A DNA stretch of 64,000 bases from Malacoraja senta (GCA_038087875.1 CM075988.1:19096001-19160000), one strand, 5' to 3'. Counted from the first letter of the stretch, positions 23,888 to 37,800 are shown. The notes: generated by a model from the letters alone, not told the origin. Made by a program: numbers and translations.

Positions 23888-24739
23888 TAACACTTGATGT
23901 TATTCCTTAAACCCAATCTGCCCAATATATTTTGCCCATTTCCATCTGCTTTTATTTATTATTATGCTTAATTTAGCTTATTAATTCCGTGTGGAAACGC
24001 ATCTGATTTACCACGTCCGTCACTTCGTCTATTCTCCTTGTTACAAACTCAAAACGACCTAATGGATTTGTCAAATTATTTTTTACCAGCAATGTTCATA
24101 TTGTAGCTCCATCCTGAAACTAAATATTGACAAAGGCAATTCAGTTCATGGGCTCCGAAAGGGAAAATTAGTTTTTTTTTCTTTTCACAAATAAAAATCT
24201 ATGAAGAATTGAAGAAGTATCCACCATGTACAACTGTCATTGTATATTTCATTGGACTAGCTCAGCGTCATCACTTTAAAGGCACTTCAAGGGTGAGTAA
24301 AATTACAGGCAGTTGAGTCAATTGGTTTTTGTTCCACCTTTTCTGCACCACAAAATTATATTTTGTTCAAAAGTTCTCATTCTCGAGCTACTTCATGTTG
24401 CTTCAAAACACACGGCACTACATCAGGCACCATGCTGTGAGTTATATTGGAAAAATAAAAGAGAAAATTGGGACACAATAGCTGAGAGATTGAGTTGAGA
24501 ACTTGTGATGTGTCCCTGGGAGAAGTAGAATGTAATAAATCACCCACAAATGCCTTTAGAGTAACCAGACTTCTTTGATTTTCCCAAAGTTATTGTATCT
24601 ACATGTTGAAACATAGTTGTTCTATTCATTATATTTTCAGATCTATTGGTTGTGATTCTGTTGGGTGAAATAGGTTGAAATATATTAAATTCACAGTGCA
24701 CAGTGCATCAGCTAAAGCCTATTTCTTGTATCATCATTA

Positions 24740-24952
24740 CTATTTTGCATATTTTTCATTCACTTGTTCTATATCTCTCTCTACATCACATTCTATGTTT
24801 CCCTTTACCCTGAATCTCAGTCTGAAGAAGAGTCTCGACCCGAAACATCACCTATTCCATTTCTCCAGAGATGCTGTATGACCCGCTGAGTTACGCCAGC
24901 TTTTTGTGTCTATCTTCGGTTTAAACCAGCATCTGCAGTTCCTTTCCACGCA
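24740..24952 (+). mobile_element. Penelope-derived pseudo-LTR fragment with hammerhead-like core
   Basis: cagtCTGAAGAagagtctcgacccGAAAcatc followed by the family 3' end. Confidence 0.75.
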
Positions 24953-25342
24953 CCCACTGATATATTGTGACGGTGGAATGCCAAACAAGAAACTCAAATT
25001 ATTGAGAATCGGCCTGAATTTACCTCGGGGCTATGAACTGCTGAAATTTGTTGAGAAAACATGATCAAAGCAAAATCTGACAACATCGCAGCACGAAAAT
25101 CAGACCCTGCTTAGATCATGGTCTGGACAGGGTTGGTATCTTCTAGGTGAGAGGCACATAATATTTTATCACATTGAACTGTACATCTTAACAATGTCAA
25201 GAGTGTCAAAGGTATTCAATTGTCATATAGAGTCATAGAGATAATCATACATCATGGAAATAACCCCTTCAGCCCAACTTGCCCACACCAACCAACATGT
25301 CCCATCTACACTAGTCCCACCTGCCTGCATTTGGCCCATATC

Positions 25343-26177
25343 CAAGATTCAAGATTCAAGATTCAAGATTTCCTTTATTGTCATTCAGACCTTTCGGTCT
25401 GAACGAAATTGTGATGCCTGCAGTCATACACAGAACCAATAATAACAAAACATACAATAAACACAAATTAAAACATCCACCACAGTGAGTTCACCAAGCA
25501 CATCCTCACTGTGATGGAGGCAAAGTCTTAGTCTCCGTCTCTTCCATCCTTGTTCTCCCTCTGCGCCGAGACGATCGATCCAGGCCGAAGATGCCGCCCT
25601 CCAGTCCAGCGGACCTCCGTGGTGATGTCGCCGCCGCCGAAAGCTGGAACGCCGTCTCCGCTCCGAGACGGCCCGCCACAGCATCAGCTCCGGGTCCCTT
25701 AGTCTCCGCTCCGGGCCGCCGCCCCAGCTCCGGGTCCCGCAGTCTCCGCTCCAGGCCGCTGCCCCAGCTCGGGTCCCGCAGTCTCCGCTCCGGACCCCGC
25801 TGCATCAGCTCCAGGCCGCCGCCGAAAGCCACAACGCCGCACCAGCAAGTCGGGCCACCGCTGCCTCAGCCCCGAAGACGGCCAGCCTCCCGTTGGTAAG
25901 TCCTGGCTGGCTCTGCCTCCGTAGCCTCGGGGTCGGTCGCAGGATGGAGGCCGCCAGCCCCGCCATTAGGCCTCAGCGCAGACGGAGGCAGGGAAGGGGG
26001 ATACGACACGAAAAAGTCGCATTCCCCCGAAGGAGGAGACAGAGGACATGTTTCTCCCCCCCCCTAACACAACCCAACAAACTAAAACTTAACCAAAACA
26101 AGACAAAAAAAACAACAGAAAAAAGTAAAAACAGACGGACTGCAGGCGAGCCGCAGCCGATTAACAGCGCCGCCACT
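25343..26177 (-). mobile_element. About 835-bp GC-rich non-autonomous retroelement with Rex/Babar-type 3' tail, inserted in a CR1 tail
   Basis: Starts GTGGCGGCGC. Internal ~39-bp tandem repeats at 25640-25820. Ends aatgacaataaa(tcttgaa)n. The host CR1 resumes at 26181. Confidence 0.75.
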
Positions 26178-26200
26178 ATGCCTGTCCTATCCATGTACCT

Positions 26201-26430
26201 AAAGTAGATACAAAATGCTGGAGTAACTCAGCGTGACAGGCAGCATCTCTGGAGAGAAGGAATGGGTGACGCTTCGGGTCAAGACCCTTCTTCCATCAGT
26301 CTGAAGAAGGGTCTCAACCCGAGACGTCACCCATTACTTCTCTCCAGAGATGCTGCCTGTCCCGCTGAGTAACTCCAACATTTTGTGTCCACATTCGATT
26401 TAAGCCAGCGTCTGCAGTTCTTTCCTACAC
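26201..26430 (+). mobile_element. Palindromic Penelope-derived insert with 13-14 bp TSD
   Basis: About 90-bp inverted arms. tatccatgtacct at 26188-26200 and 26431-26443. Confidence 0.9.
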
Positions 26431-29149
26431 TATCCATGTACCTGTCTAATTGTTTCTTAAACATTGCAATAATCCCTGCTTCAACTACCTCCTCTGGCAG
26501 TTCATTCTATGCACCCACCACCCTTTGTGTGAAAAGGTTACCCCTCAGATTCCTATTCAATCTGTCTCACTTCATCTTAAACCTATGTCCTCTGGTTCTC
26601 GATTCCCCTACTCTGGACAAGAGACTTTGTGTGTCTACCTCATCCATTCCTCTCAGTAGAATGCAAAAGTGGGATAACATAGAACTTGTGTACGCGTAAT
26701 CAATGGTAGGCATAGACTCAGTGGGCTGAAGGGCCTGTCCCCATGCAGTATTTCTAAACTCCAAACTGAAAATGTCATCGCCTTTCATTCCATAAACCAT
26801 CACTTGAAACCCTGATTCTCTCTCCGCAGATGCTGCCCTACCTGCTGAGTCAATGTACAGTCTGCGCTTTAAAAAACCCCTCAGATTTCCAGCATCCATT
26901 TAATCATATCAAATTGACTACGATTACCCATTTTCTAGCCAGAACAGAGAAGATATAAGAATAAAATTCCTATGATGCCTTCCAACTCAATTTTGGATCT
27001 TTACTTCCATTTACCATCAATGGAGAAGAACAACTTTTATTTAACTATTTTCCAAGTTAGACGAGGTCTAATTTACCCCCAGCTGAAAGAACTAATGAAA
27101 TGCTGAACAGAGTCTGAACCAGCCATACTGACCATCAATAATGTAAATTTTCCACAGGCAGGTCGAGAGAAGAGCATTGATCTCTGATATCAATTAAGGA
27201 ACTAATAACTGGTTACCGTCCCACTTCTAATAAGATAAATTGATCTGCTGTATGGGGAGAGGCTTCAAATTAAAATTCCAACATGTACAGGTGCATTTGA
27301 GTTGAACTACACAATAAGTTACAGTGAAATGGTGCATTATTATCCTGCATAATGTATCTTGTTGGGAGACACTAGAAATCCAAGACCATAGGAAATGGCA
27401 GAGAATTGTCCATCGCCCAAACCAACCTCCATCCCATTGACTCAAGAGACAAGACAAGACAAGAGAGACAAGAGACAAGACAAGAGACATTTATTGTCAC
27501 ATGTACCAATTGGTGCAGTGAAATTTGTGGTCACCCACTCCATTTATACCTTACGTTGCCTCAGCAAGATCACCAGATAGTCAAGGACGATTCGCACCTC
27601 GGCCACTCCCTCTTCTCCCCTCTCTCATCAGGCAAGAGTGACAGAAGTGTGAAAATGCATACCTCCAGATTCAGGGACAGTTCCTTCCCAGCTGTTATCA
27701 TGCAAAGGAATCATCCAATCAACAACAAGAGAGTGGCCCTGAGCTGCTATCTACCTCACTACAGTGGAGACACAAGAAACTGCAGTAGAAAACAAGTATG
27801 CTGGAGGAACTCATTGGGTTAGGTCAAAGAGACATATAGAGAGGAAACAGGCACTTCGGCTCAACTAGTCCATGCTGACCAAGGTGCCTCATAAGTGGGA
27901 CATAAGTTAGACGTGGAGGGAAATGGACAATGTTTCGGGTTGAGACTCTTCTTCAGACTGTGCACAGTGTTGGATGTGTACTCTGGAGGTTAAATGGCAA
28001 ATTAAAAGTTCTAATGCAAAGTTCCTCACACCTTCCACTTGCTGGCTGTGAGGCTTTAAGATAAAGTTTGTTGATGGTATCTCTATCAAGGCAACATAGT
28101 GTACAATCAATCTGCATAGAGATGGAAAATCTGCCAGCATGCAAGAAATGATTCAAGGAAGCCAAAGTCTCACCATCTCCCCAATACGGGGTGTTAATTT
28201 TATCAATTACTCTTTCAGCTATATGAGAAATGTTTAGACGTGCATGGATTATACATTGCACAGGAACAATTATGTTGAAGAGGACAGCTGTCACACCTCA
28301 GTACACATGAAGATCTGGTGCTGAAGAAAAAGCAATGAAAAGAGACACAAAACATCTTAATTGAATCTTAAAATAGATTCAGTTACACTGACAGCCATCT
28401 CTGAAATGAACTGTTCCACGTGCCACTATACCGTGAAATCTAATGAATACAGAATACTCTCTGGGTACATTTAAAGAAGTTTTTTCTTGTTAAAAAAAAA
28501 TACAAGGGGAACTGAAGTGATATTTACTCTCTTGACACATTATCCAGATTGTTCCAAGGATGGTCAGTTAAAAGTCTGCACAATCCCAAGACAAATCAAT
28601 ATATTTGCTGCTGCTATTTATGCCCAATTGGAAAGACTGAGAAGTTTACTCAGGTGCTGAGAGTGCAGTAATACACAGGGCAGATACAGGGTCGCAGTGG
28701 TGACGTTCCTGGACTCGCACGTTCTCCGGGTGCCCTGGTTTCCACCCAAATTCCAAAGATGTACAGGTTTGTAGGCTAATTGGCCTCTTGTAAAATTGCC
28801 CCAAGTGTGCAGTGTACAGGCGATCGTTGGTCAGTGCAGACTCGCTGGGCTGAAGGGCCTGTTTACACACTGTATCTCTAATCAAACTAAACTACAAAAT
28901 CCAGACGCTGCACTAATGACATCTGTTCAAATCCCAATACAGCAGCTGACAAATTTCAATTCCTTTAATTAAATCTGGACATTAAAAGCAATGCCCCACA
29001 GTTGTTGTTAAACCCATCTGGCCCACTGATGTCAAGGAAGATAGCATCCTTACCCGGTGTGGTCGGTATTTGACAGCAGACTCACTGACCTCTGGTCTGT
29101 ACTCAAGAATTGGCCTTGCCAATGAATCTGTGAATGATAGATGAAATTA

Positions 29150-29805
29150 GAGTCATAGAGAATCATACAGTGTGGAAACAGATCATTCGGCCCAACTTGT
29201 CCATGTCGACCAACATGCCCCATCTACACTAGTCCCACCTGCCTGCGTTTGGCCCATATCCCTCCAAACCTATCCTATCCATGTGCCTGTCAAAATATGT
29301 TTTAAATGTTATGTTAGTACTTGCCTCAACTTCCTCCTCTGGCAGCTCATTCCATAAACCTTCCTCTCTCTATGTAAAAAAAATCCACCTCAGGTTCCTA
29401 TTAACTTTCTCCCCGCTCATCTTAAATCTATGTCCTCTGGTTCCTATCTACTCCTCTCATGATCTTATACACCTCCATGAGATCATCCCTCATCTTCCTG
29501 TGCTCCAAGCAATAAAGTCCTAACCTGCTCAACTTCTCCCTATAGCTCAGGCCCTCGAGTCCCAGCAACATTCGTCATAACTCGTCTCTGCACCCCTTCC
29601 CGCTTAACAACATCTTTCCTATGATAGGCACAAAAAAGTAGGTATAACTCAGCAGGACGGGTAGCACCTCTGGAGAGAAGGAATGGGTGATGTTTCGGGT
29701 CGAGGCCCTTCTTCAGACATTTTTCCTATAACAGGGTTACCAAAACTGAACACAATACTCTAAATGTGGCCTCACCAATGTCCTGTACAACTGTATCATG
29801 ACCTC
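29150..29805 (-). mobile_element. CR1 (HER1-like) 3' fragment with a PLE piece at about 29625-29718
   Basis: Reverse complement of YRTLVRPHLEYCVQFW... through to the CR1 tail. Confidence 0.8.
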
Positions 29806-30889
29806 ACCTGCTCCCCCCTGCTCTGTACAAAGCAAGTCTATGATAACCATTTACCCTGATCCTATTTTCATCCTGAATTTTGGACTGGCTGCCGTACCGC
29901 ATGCCGGCAACTTGGGCAAACCTGGTTAGGTGGATACATTGGAAATAAGTCCAATCAGATGAAGTTATAGTAATGGCAGCAACTCCTAATGATGCCCCGT
30001 GTTGAATGATTTCCCCTTCTATTACAAGCTGGAAATGGTACAGAGAAGATTTACGAGGATGTTGTCATGACCAGAGGGTCTGAGCTGTAGATAGAGGATG
30101 AGAACGTTGGGACACTATTCCTTGGAGCGCAGGGGGACGAGGGGTGTGCTTATAGAGGTGCATAAAATCATGAGAAATAGATCGGGTAGATGCACAGTCC
30201 CTTGCCCAGAGTAGGTGAATCGAGGACCATAGGTTCAAGGTGAAGGGGGAAAGATTTAAAAGGAATTTCACCTGTCCATTCCCTCCACAGATGCTGCCTG
30301 ACCAGTTGAGTTCCTCCAGCACATTGTGATTTGCTCAAGATTCCAGCATCTGAAGTTCCTTGTGTCCCCCAAGTCAATCTAAATGTTTTCCACCCAGTGA
30401 TCCTCTTAAAGGGAGTCGCAACATAACTTAGGCACTTGAAATGATAATAAAAATCATTCTCCTTGTAATCTTTCACGCTTAAGAAGCAAAAACCATTAGC
30501 ACAATACTGCCCATCAAGAATTACATTTGGTCCTTCTACTTGTAAAGAAATGCTCTTCTTTGATATATACTTTTCAAACTTCAGAGAAAGTTCAGTTGAG
30601 AATGCTTAGCTTTGTTGGGAAATATTGCTAAGGCATACAAGCACTCACATAAATGATTTATGCTGCATCGTTTTTATACACTTGCAGCATATTGTATATT
30701 CTGTGACAATAATTGAGGTGTACTCTGTGAAATAAAGGTCACCAAATGCAAATTAATAATGGAAGGGAAAATACTCATTGTGACGTCAGATCCATGTAGG
30801 AATAAGAAGGTATGAACAGGAGCAAGAATGGTTCTGGCAGCTCCCGGGTCCCCCCTGCACCTTTCAGTGAGATCATGACCAATCCAATT

Positions 30890-31130
30890 GGCAGAGCTGC
30901 TGCCTTAGAGCACCAGAGACCCAGGTTCAATCCTGACTTTGGGTGCTGTCAGTCCGGAGTTTGCACGTTTCCCCTGTGCTCCCTCTGGGTGCTCCGGAGG
31001 ACCCAGAGGAGACCCGTGTAGTCACGGGGAGAACGTACAAGCTCCACACAGACAACACACATAGTCAGGATCGGGCCCGGGTCTCTGTCTCTGTAAGGCA
31101 GCAACTCTACCGCAGCGCTGCCGTGCCACC
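30890..31130. mobile_element. Two V-SINE 5' halves fused in inverted orientation
   Basis: Plus-strand head 30890-30997 joined at ctccggag to a minus-strand head 30995-31130. Confidence 0.8.
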
Positions 31131-31509
31131 AAGGATTGTAGAGTTGTGAAAGGCAGGAACGGAGTTGGTCAAAAGCTTCAGGTTTGAGGCTTAAATAGCA
31201 CTAACAAGTTGTCCTGGACCAACCACCACAACCAAGAAAGTACACCAATACCTCTACTTCATCAGACTTAGGTTCTACCTCATGGGTGACCCTCGGACTA
31301 TCTTTGATTGGACTTTATTGGCTTTACCTTGCACTAAATGTCATCATATATCTATACATTGTAAATGGCTCAATAATCACGTATTGCCTTTCTGCTGACT
31401 GGTTAGCACGCAACAAAAGCTTTTCACTGGACCTCAGTACACATGACAGTAAACTAAACTGAAACTGAACTGAAACTGAACTGAACTGAAACTGATGTCC
31501 GGCATGCTT

Positions 31510-31806
31510 CTAACGGCTCTTACCAACTTTAATAAATGCACCTTAGGAAGTCTCCTATTGCGGTGCATCACAGCTTGGTTTGGCAACTGTCTGCCTGAGA
31601 CCAAAAGAAATTGCAGAGAGTTGTGGATGTTGCCCAGTCCATCAGACATACAAACCTCCCCCCTATCGACTCCATCCACACGTCACGTATTTACACCCCT
31701 CAAGGTCATCCTCTCAACTCCCCTCTCCCATCAGGTGGACGATACAAAGGCTTGAAAGCACGCACCACCAGCTGCTTCCCTGCTATTACCAGACTATTGA
31801 ACCACA
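31510..31806 (+). mobile_element. Rex1/Babar-like ORF fragment
   Basis: LTNFNKCTLGSLLLRCITAWFGNC.../QRVVDVAQSI..TNLPPIDSI...LPSGGRYK. Confidence 0.8.
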
Positions 31807-32737
31807 TGTAATGGAAGATCAGTCTTGAACATATCAGTAAATCTTCAACATAAATATAACTGTCTGAAAGGCCGTGTCCTTAAAAACGACCTAACTGGTT
31901 TCCTCAACCAAGTGAGGGAAGGAACTGCAGATGCTGGTTCAAACCGAAGACAGGCACAAAATGTGTCAGCATCTCTGGAGAGAAGGAATCGATGACAGGG
32001 GACAGGGATATATCCATCCCTGTTATCACAAATCTGACTACGTTCTCCCATTATTAGAGTTCAATGTTTAGATTTTCATCCCAGGAGTAAAAGGGTGCCA
32101 CGAACCATCCTATCTTATCCACGTTCTCCTGAGACGTTACCTGAACTGCTTAGCGGTTATCTTCTGAACTCTCTTGTTTTCAAGAAAGAGTTCGATTTAG
32201 CTCTTAGGGATGAGGGAATCAAGGGATATGGGGGAAAAGCCAGAATGGGGTACTGATTTTGGATGAAGAGCCATGATCATATGGAATGGTGTTGCTGGTT
32301 CGAAGGGCCGAATGGCCAACTCCTACACCTATTTTCTATGTTTCTATGAGATCTTGACCCGAAACATTGCTCATTCCCCCTCAACCATTTACCATGCCCC
32401 AGGTAAACCTCTGAGAAGAATTATGGAGGTTTTTCAAAGTGACTGAGCTGCATCGATTATTTCATCCAATTTTAACGTTTCAAAGCTCTGTTCAAAATTA
32501 CAGATATTAAATTGAAAATTGATTATTTAGGCTCAGCGAGCATATTGATGGTGAATAAATGGACCTCTTACCCACCTCATCTAAACATGCACTGACACAT
32601 TTGCTGGGCTGCACCAGAGCAGCAGAAACTGCGCCATGCATTTCCTGCAGGTTCCACGAAGGACACGGGCAGGACGTATCCACTCTGCACTCCACCTATT
32701 TCCACGTTCTGTCCACAAAACATGCATTCAGTTTTTT

Positions 32738-33041
32738 TTTCAGTTCAATTAAGAGACACAGCATGAAAAAGTCACACCGCCCATCAATCACCCATTCACA
32801 CTAGTTCTATCTTATCTCACTTTCATATCCACTCCCTGCACACTAGGGGCAATTTACAGAGGGCCAATTAACCTACAAACCCGCACGTCTACGGGAGGAA
32901 ACTGGAGCACCCGGAGGAAACCCACGCAGACACAGGGAGAACGTGTAAACTCCACACAGACAGCACTCTAGGTTAGGATCGAACCTCGGTCTCTGGCGCT
33001 GTGAGGCAGCGGCTCAACCTACTGCACCACTGTACCACCCT
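32738..33041 (-). mobile_element. V-SINE
   Basis: Head, V-domain and partial tail on the minus strand. Confidence 0.85.
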
Positions 33042-34059
33042 ATTTAAATGTGCAAATATGAATTACATGGAAGTACATCATGATTGTTGAAATATGCCCC
33101 TATATTGAAAAACATTCTCCCATCAGTATTATTTCTGAACATAAGATTGTTGTTTCTGAATATAAGAATGTGCAGGGATTATTAAACAATTGGAAAAACC
33201 AGGTAAATACTCCATTCCCTGCATATCCACGTGCCTATTCAAAGCCTCTGGAACGCCACTATTGTATCTTCCTCCACCACCAGCCCTGGCAGCGTGTTAC
33301 ATGAACCCATTACTCCCGGTGTAAATCATTGCCTTGCACATCTCCATTAAACTTTATCCCTCTCACCTTCTGTCTCTTGTCTTTGACATTTCCAGCCTAG
33401 AGAAAAAGGTTCTGACTGTCTACCCTTTATCTATACCAATGATAGTTGTGTCGTAACCTACAAAACACATCAAACATTATGTGCAGTCCCACCCCCCACC
33501 CCAAACCGTGTGAGGATTCTCTCGATGCCTTAAGATTCATGGGATTCATCGAGCTGTACAGCACCAATACAAACCCATTGGCCATGCCGGCCAAATTGGC
33601 ACGTTGGGCCTGTCCCATTGGCCTACATTTGCCCCTTGTCCTTCAGATCATTCCAAACCATATATTTGTCCAAATGTCTTTTCAGTCATAATTGTATCTG
33701 CTTCGATAGCTTCTTTTGGCAGCTTGTTCCAGAAATGGGCTACTCTCTAAGTGACAAGATTGCCCCTGAGGCCCATCTTAAACCGATGCCCTATAGTTTT
33801 AGAATCCTCTACCCTGAGAAAATGACTGTGAGCATTCACTTTATCCATGCCATTCATGATCTTGTACACCTCAACAAGAGCACCCCTCACCCTCTGACGC
33901 TTCAAAGAAAAAAAATTCCTGTCTATCCATCCTCTTCCTTTAACTCAAGTGTGAAATCCAAGGTAACATCCTGGCAAATCTCTTTTGCACGCTTTATAAC
34001 TTTGCTTTAAGAATCTCCTTAAAACACTTCTTACCAACCTTCCTAATGTCTCTTCTATG

Positions 34060-34061
<2 letters not shown>

Positions 34062-34099
<38 letters not shown>

Positions 34100-34160
34100 G
34101 GAGAGGGGGAGAGGGGGAGAGAGGGAGAGAGGTAGAGAGGGGGGGAGTGGGAGGGGAAGA
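34062..34160. repeat. (GA)n microsatellite decaying into a purine-rich tract
   Basis: Visible directly in the sequence. Confidence 0.95.
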
Positions 34161-34173
34161 TGAAGAGAGGGAA

Positions 34174-34480
34174 TTTAGTTTAGTTTAGAGATACAGCGCA
34201 GAAACAGGCCCTTCGGCCCACCGAATCCATGCCGACCAGCGATCCCCACACATTAACACTATCCTACACACACCAGGGACAATTTACATTTATACCAAGC
34301 CAATTAACCTACAAACCTGTACGTCTGGAATGTGTGAGGAAACTGAAGATATCGGAGAAAACCCACGCAGTTCACGAGGAGAGCGTACAAACTCAATACA
34401 GTTCAGCACCCGCAGTCAGGATCTAACCCGGTTCTCTGGCGCTGTAAGCCAGCAACTCCACCGTTGTGCCACTGTGCCAC
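34174..34480 (-). mobile_element. V-SINE
   Basis: Complete head-body-tail structure. Confidence 0.9.
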
Positions 34481-34845
34481 CGAGAGAGGGAGAGAAAGAC
34501 AGAGAAATGGAGATATTCTGACGGCCTTGACTGTATACCACTGCACTGCTTTTATCCTTTGGCACAGATGGTAGTCATTTGAATTTGACTCAGACTCAGA
34601 TCAAAGAAGAAGAGCAGGGAATGTTTCACTAACATGAAAGGAATGAAAAAACGCAAAGTATAAAAACTGAAATAAAAGGCTGGAGACAAAGTGCAGATCT
34701 GTCAGCGTGAGGAAGGGGAAAGAAAGGTTAATGCCTACGATTAAAGCCATTTATTTGAATTTACGTCTCTGAGACACAGGCCAAGAAATTCCCCTACATC
34801 CGTCTGAGGCTCAGTACATGAAAAATTGACTGCATGCATTTTGGG

Positions 34846-37800
34846 AAGAGAGGAGGGCCCAACTTGTCCCAGCTACACTAGTCCCACATGCCTGCTTTTG
34901 GTCCATATCCCTTCCAACCTGTCCTGTCAAAGTACCTCTATAACTGGTTCTTAAACGTTGGGATAGTCCCAGCCTCAACTACCTCCTCTGGCAGCTTGTT
35001 CCATACACCCACCACCCTTTGTGTGAAAAAGTTACATAGAAACATAGAAACATAGAAAGTAGGTGCAGGAGTAGGCCATTCGGCCCTTCGAGCCTGCACC
35101 TGATCATGGCTGATCATCCAACTCAGTATCCTGTACCTGCCTTCTCTCCATACCCCCTGATCCCTTTAGCCACAAGGGCCATATCTAACTCCCTCTTAAA
35201 TATAGCCAATGAACTGGCCTCAACTACCTTCTGTGGCAGAGAGTTCCAGAGATGCACCACTCTCTGTGTGAAAAATGTATTTCTCATCTCGGTCCTAAAG
35301 GATTTCCCCTTAATCCTTAAACTGTGACCCCTTGTCCTGGACTTCCCCAACATCGGGAACAATCTTCCTGCATCTAGCCTGTCCAACCCCTTAAGAGTTT
35401 TGTAAGTTTCTATAAGATCCCCCCTCAATCTTCTAAATTCTAGCGAGTACAAGCCGAGTCTATCCAGTCTTTCTTCATATGAAAGTCCTGACATCCCAGG
35501 AATCAATCTGGTGAACCTTCTCTGTACTCCCTCTATGGCAAGAATGTCTTTCCTCAGATTTGGAGACCAAAACTGTACGCAATACTCCAGGTGTGGTCTC
35601 ACCAAGACCCTGTACAACTGCAGTAGAACCTCCCTGCTCCTATCTTCAAATCCTTTTGCTATGAATGCTAACATACCATTCGCTTTCTTCACTGCCTGCT
35701 GCACCTGCATGCCTACTTTCAATGACTGGTGTACCATGACACCCAGGTCTCGTTGCATCTCCCCTTTTCCTAATCGGCCACCATTTAGATAATAGTCTAC
35801 TTTCCTGTTTTTGCCACCAAAGTGGATAACCTCACATTTATCCACATTATACTGCATCTGCCATGCATTTGCCCACTCACCCAGCCTATCCAAGTCACCT
35901 TGCAGCCTCCTAGCATCCTCCTCACAGCTAACACTGCCCCCCACCTTCGTGTCATCCGCAAACTTGGAGATGTTGCATTCAATTCCCTCATCCAAATCAT
36001 TAATATATATTGTAAGTAGCTGGGGTCCCAGCACTGAGCCTAGCGGTACCCCACTAGTCACTGCCTGCCCTTCTGAAAAGGACCCGTTTACTCCTACACT
36101 TTGCCAGCCAGTTTTCTATCCACATCAATACTGAACCCCTAACACCGTGTGCTTTAAGTTTGTATACTAATCTCTTGTGGGACCTTGTCAAAAGTCTTCT
36201 GAAAGTCCAGATATAACACATCCACTGGTTCTCCCTTATCCACTCTACTAGTTACATCCTCGAAAAATTCTATAAGATTCGTCAGACATGATTTACCTTT
36301 CATAAATCCATGCTGACTTTGTCCAATGATTTCACCATTTTCCAAATGTGCTGCTATCCCATCTTTAATAACTGACTCTAGCAGTTTCCCCACTACCGAT
36401 GTTAGACTAACTGGTCTGTAATTCCCCGTTTTCTCTCTCCCTCCCTTTTTAAAAAGGGGGGTTACATTAGCTACCCTCAAATCCTCAGGAACTACTCCAG
36501 AATCTAAGGAGTTTTGAAAAATTATCACTAATGCTTCCACTATTTCTGGGGCTACTTCCTTAAGTACTCTGGGATGCAGCCTATCTGGCCCTGGGGATTT
36601 ATCGACCTTTAATCCATTCAATTTACCTAACACCACTTCCAGGCTAACCTGGATTTCACTCAGTTCCTCTATCTCATTTGACCCGCGGTCCCCTGCTATT
36701 TCCGGCAGATTATTTATGTCTTCCTTAGTGAAGACAGAACCAAAGTAGTTATTCAATTGGTCTGCCATGTCCTTGTTCCCCATGATCAATTCACCTGTTT
36801 CTGACTACATTTGTTTTAACTAATCTCTTTCTCTTCACATCTCTATAAAAACTTTTGCAGTCAGTTTTTATGTTCCCTGCCAGTTTTCTTTCATAATCCA
36901 TTTTCCTTTTCCTAATTAAGCCCTTTGTCCTCCTCTGCTGGACTCTGAATTTCTCCCAGTCCTCTGGTAGGCTGCTATTTCTGGCTAATTTGTACGCTTC
37001 ATCTTTTGTTTTGATACTATCCCTGATTTCCCTTGTTATCCACGGATGCACTACCTTCCCTGATTTATTCTTTTGCCAAAATGGGATGAACAATTTTTGT
37101 AGTTCATCCATGCAGTCTTTAAATGCCTTCCATTGCATATCCACCGTCAACCCTTTAAGAATCAATTGCCAGTCAATCTTGGCCAATTCACGTTTCATAC
37201 CCTCAAAGTTACCTTTCTTTCAGTTCAGAACCCTTGTTTCTGAATTAAACAATGTCACTCTCCATCCTAATGAAGAACTCAACCATATTATGGTCACTCT
37301 TGCCCAAGGGGCCACGCACAACAAGACTGCTAACTAACCCTTCCTCATTACTCAATACCCAGTCTAGAATAGCCTGCTCTCTCGTTGGTTCCTCTACATG
37401 TTGGTTTAGAAAACTATCCCGCATACATTCCAAGAAATCCTCTTCCTCAGCACCCCTGCCAATTTGATTCTCCCAATCTATATGTAAATTGAAGTCACCC
37501 ATTATAACTGTTTTACCTTTGTTGCACGCATTTCTAATTTCCTGTTTGATGCCATCCCCAACTCCACTACTACTGTTAGGTGGCCTGTACACAACACCCA
37601 CTAGCGTTTTCTTCCCCTTAGTGTTTCATTGCTCTACCCATATCGATTCCACATCCTCCAAGCTAATATCCTTCCTTTCCATTGCGTTAATGTCCTCTCT
37701 AACCAGCAACGCTACCCCACCTCCTTTCCCTCCTGAATATTGAATATCCCTGGATGTTCAGCTCCCAGCCTTGGTCACCCTGGAGCCATGTCTCCGTGAT

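Noticed and set aside
26120-26177. HDV-like fold at the 5' end of the GC-rich Rex-tail element
   Set aside because: Only a simple interrupted hairpin could be drawn, with no P2/P3 pseudoknot or J4/2.
25424-26207. Overlapping ~100-aa Pro/Arg-rich ORFs
   Set aside because: They arise from GC-rich tandem repeats in a non-coding element, are open in several frames and contain no domain.
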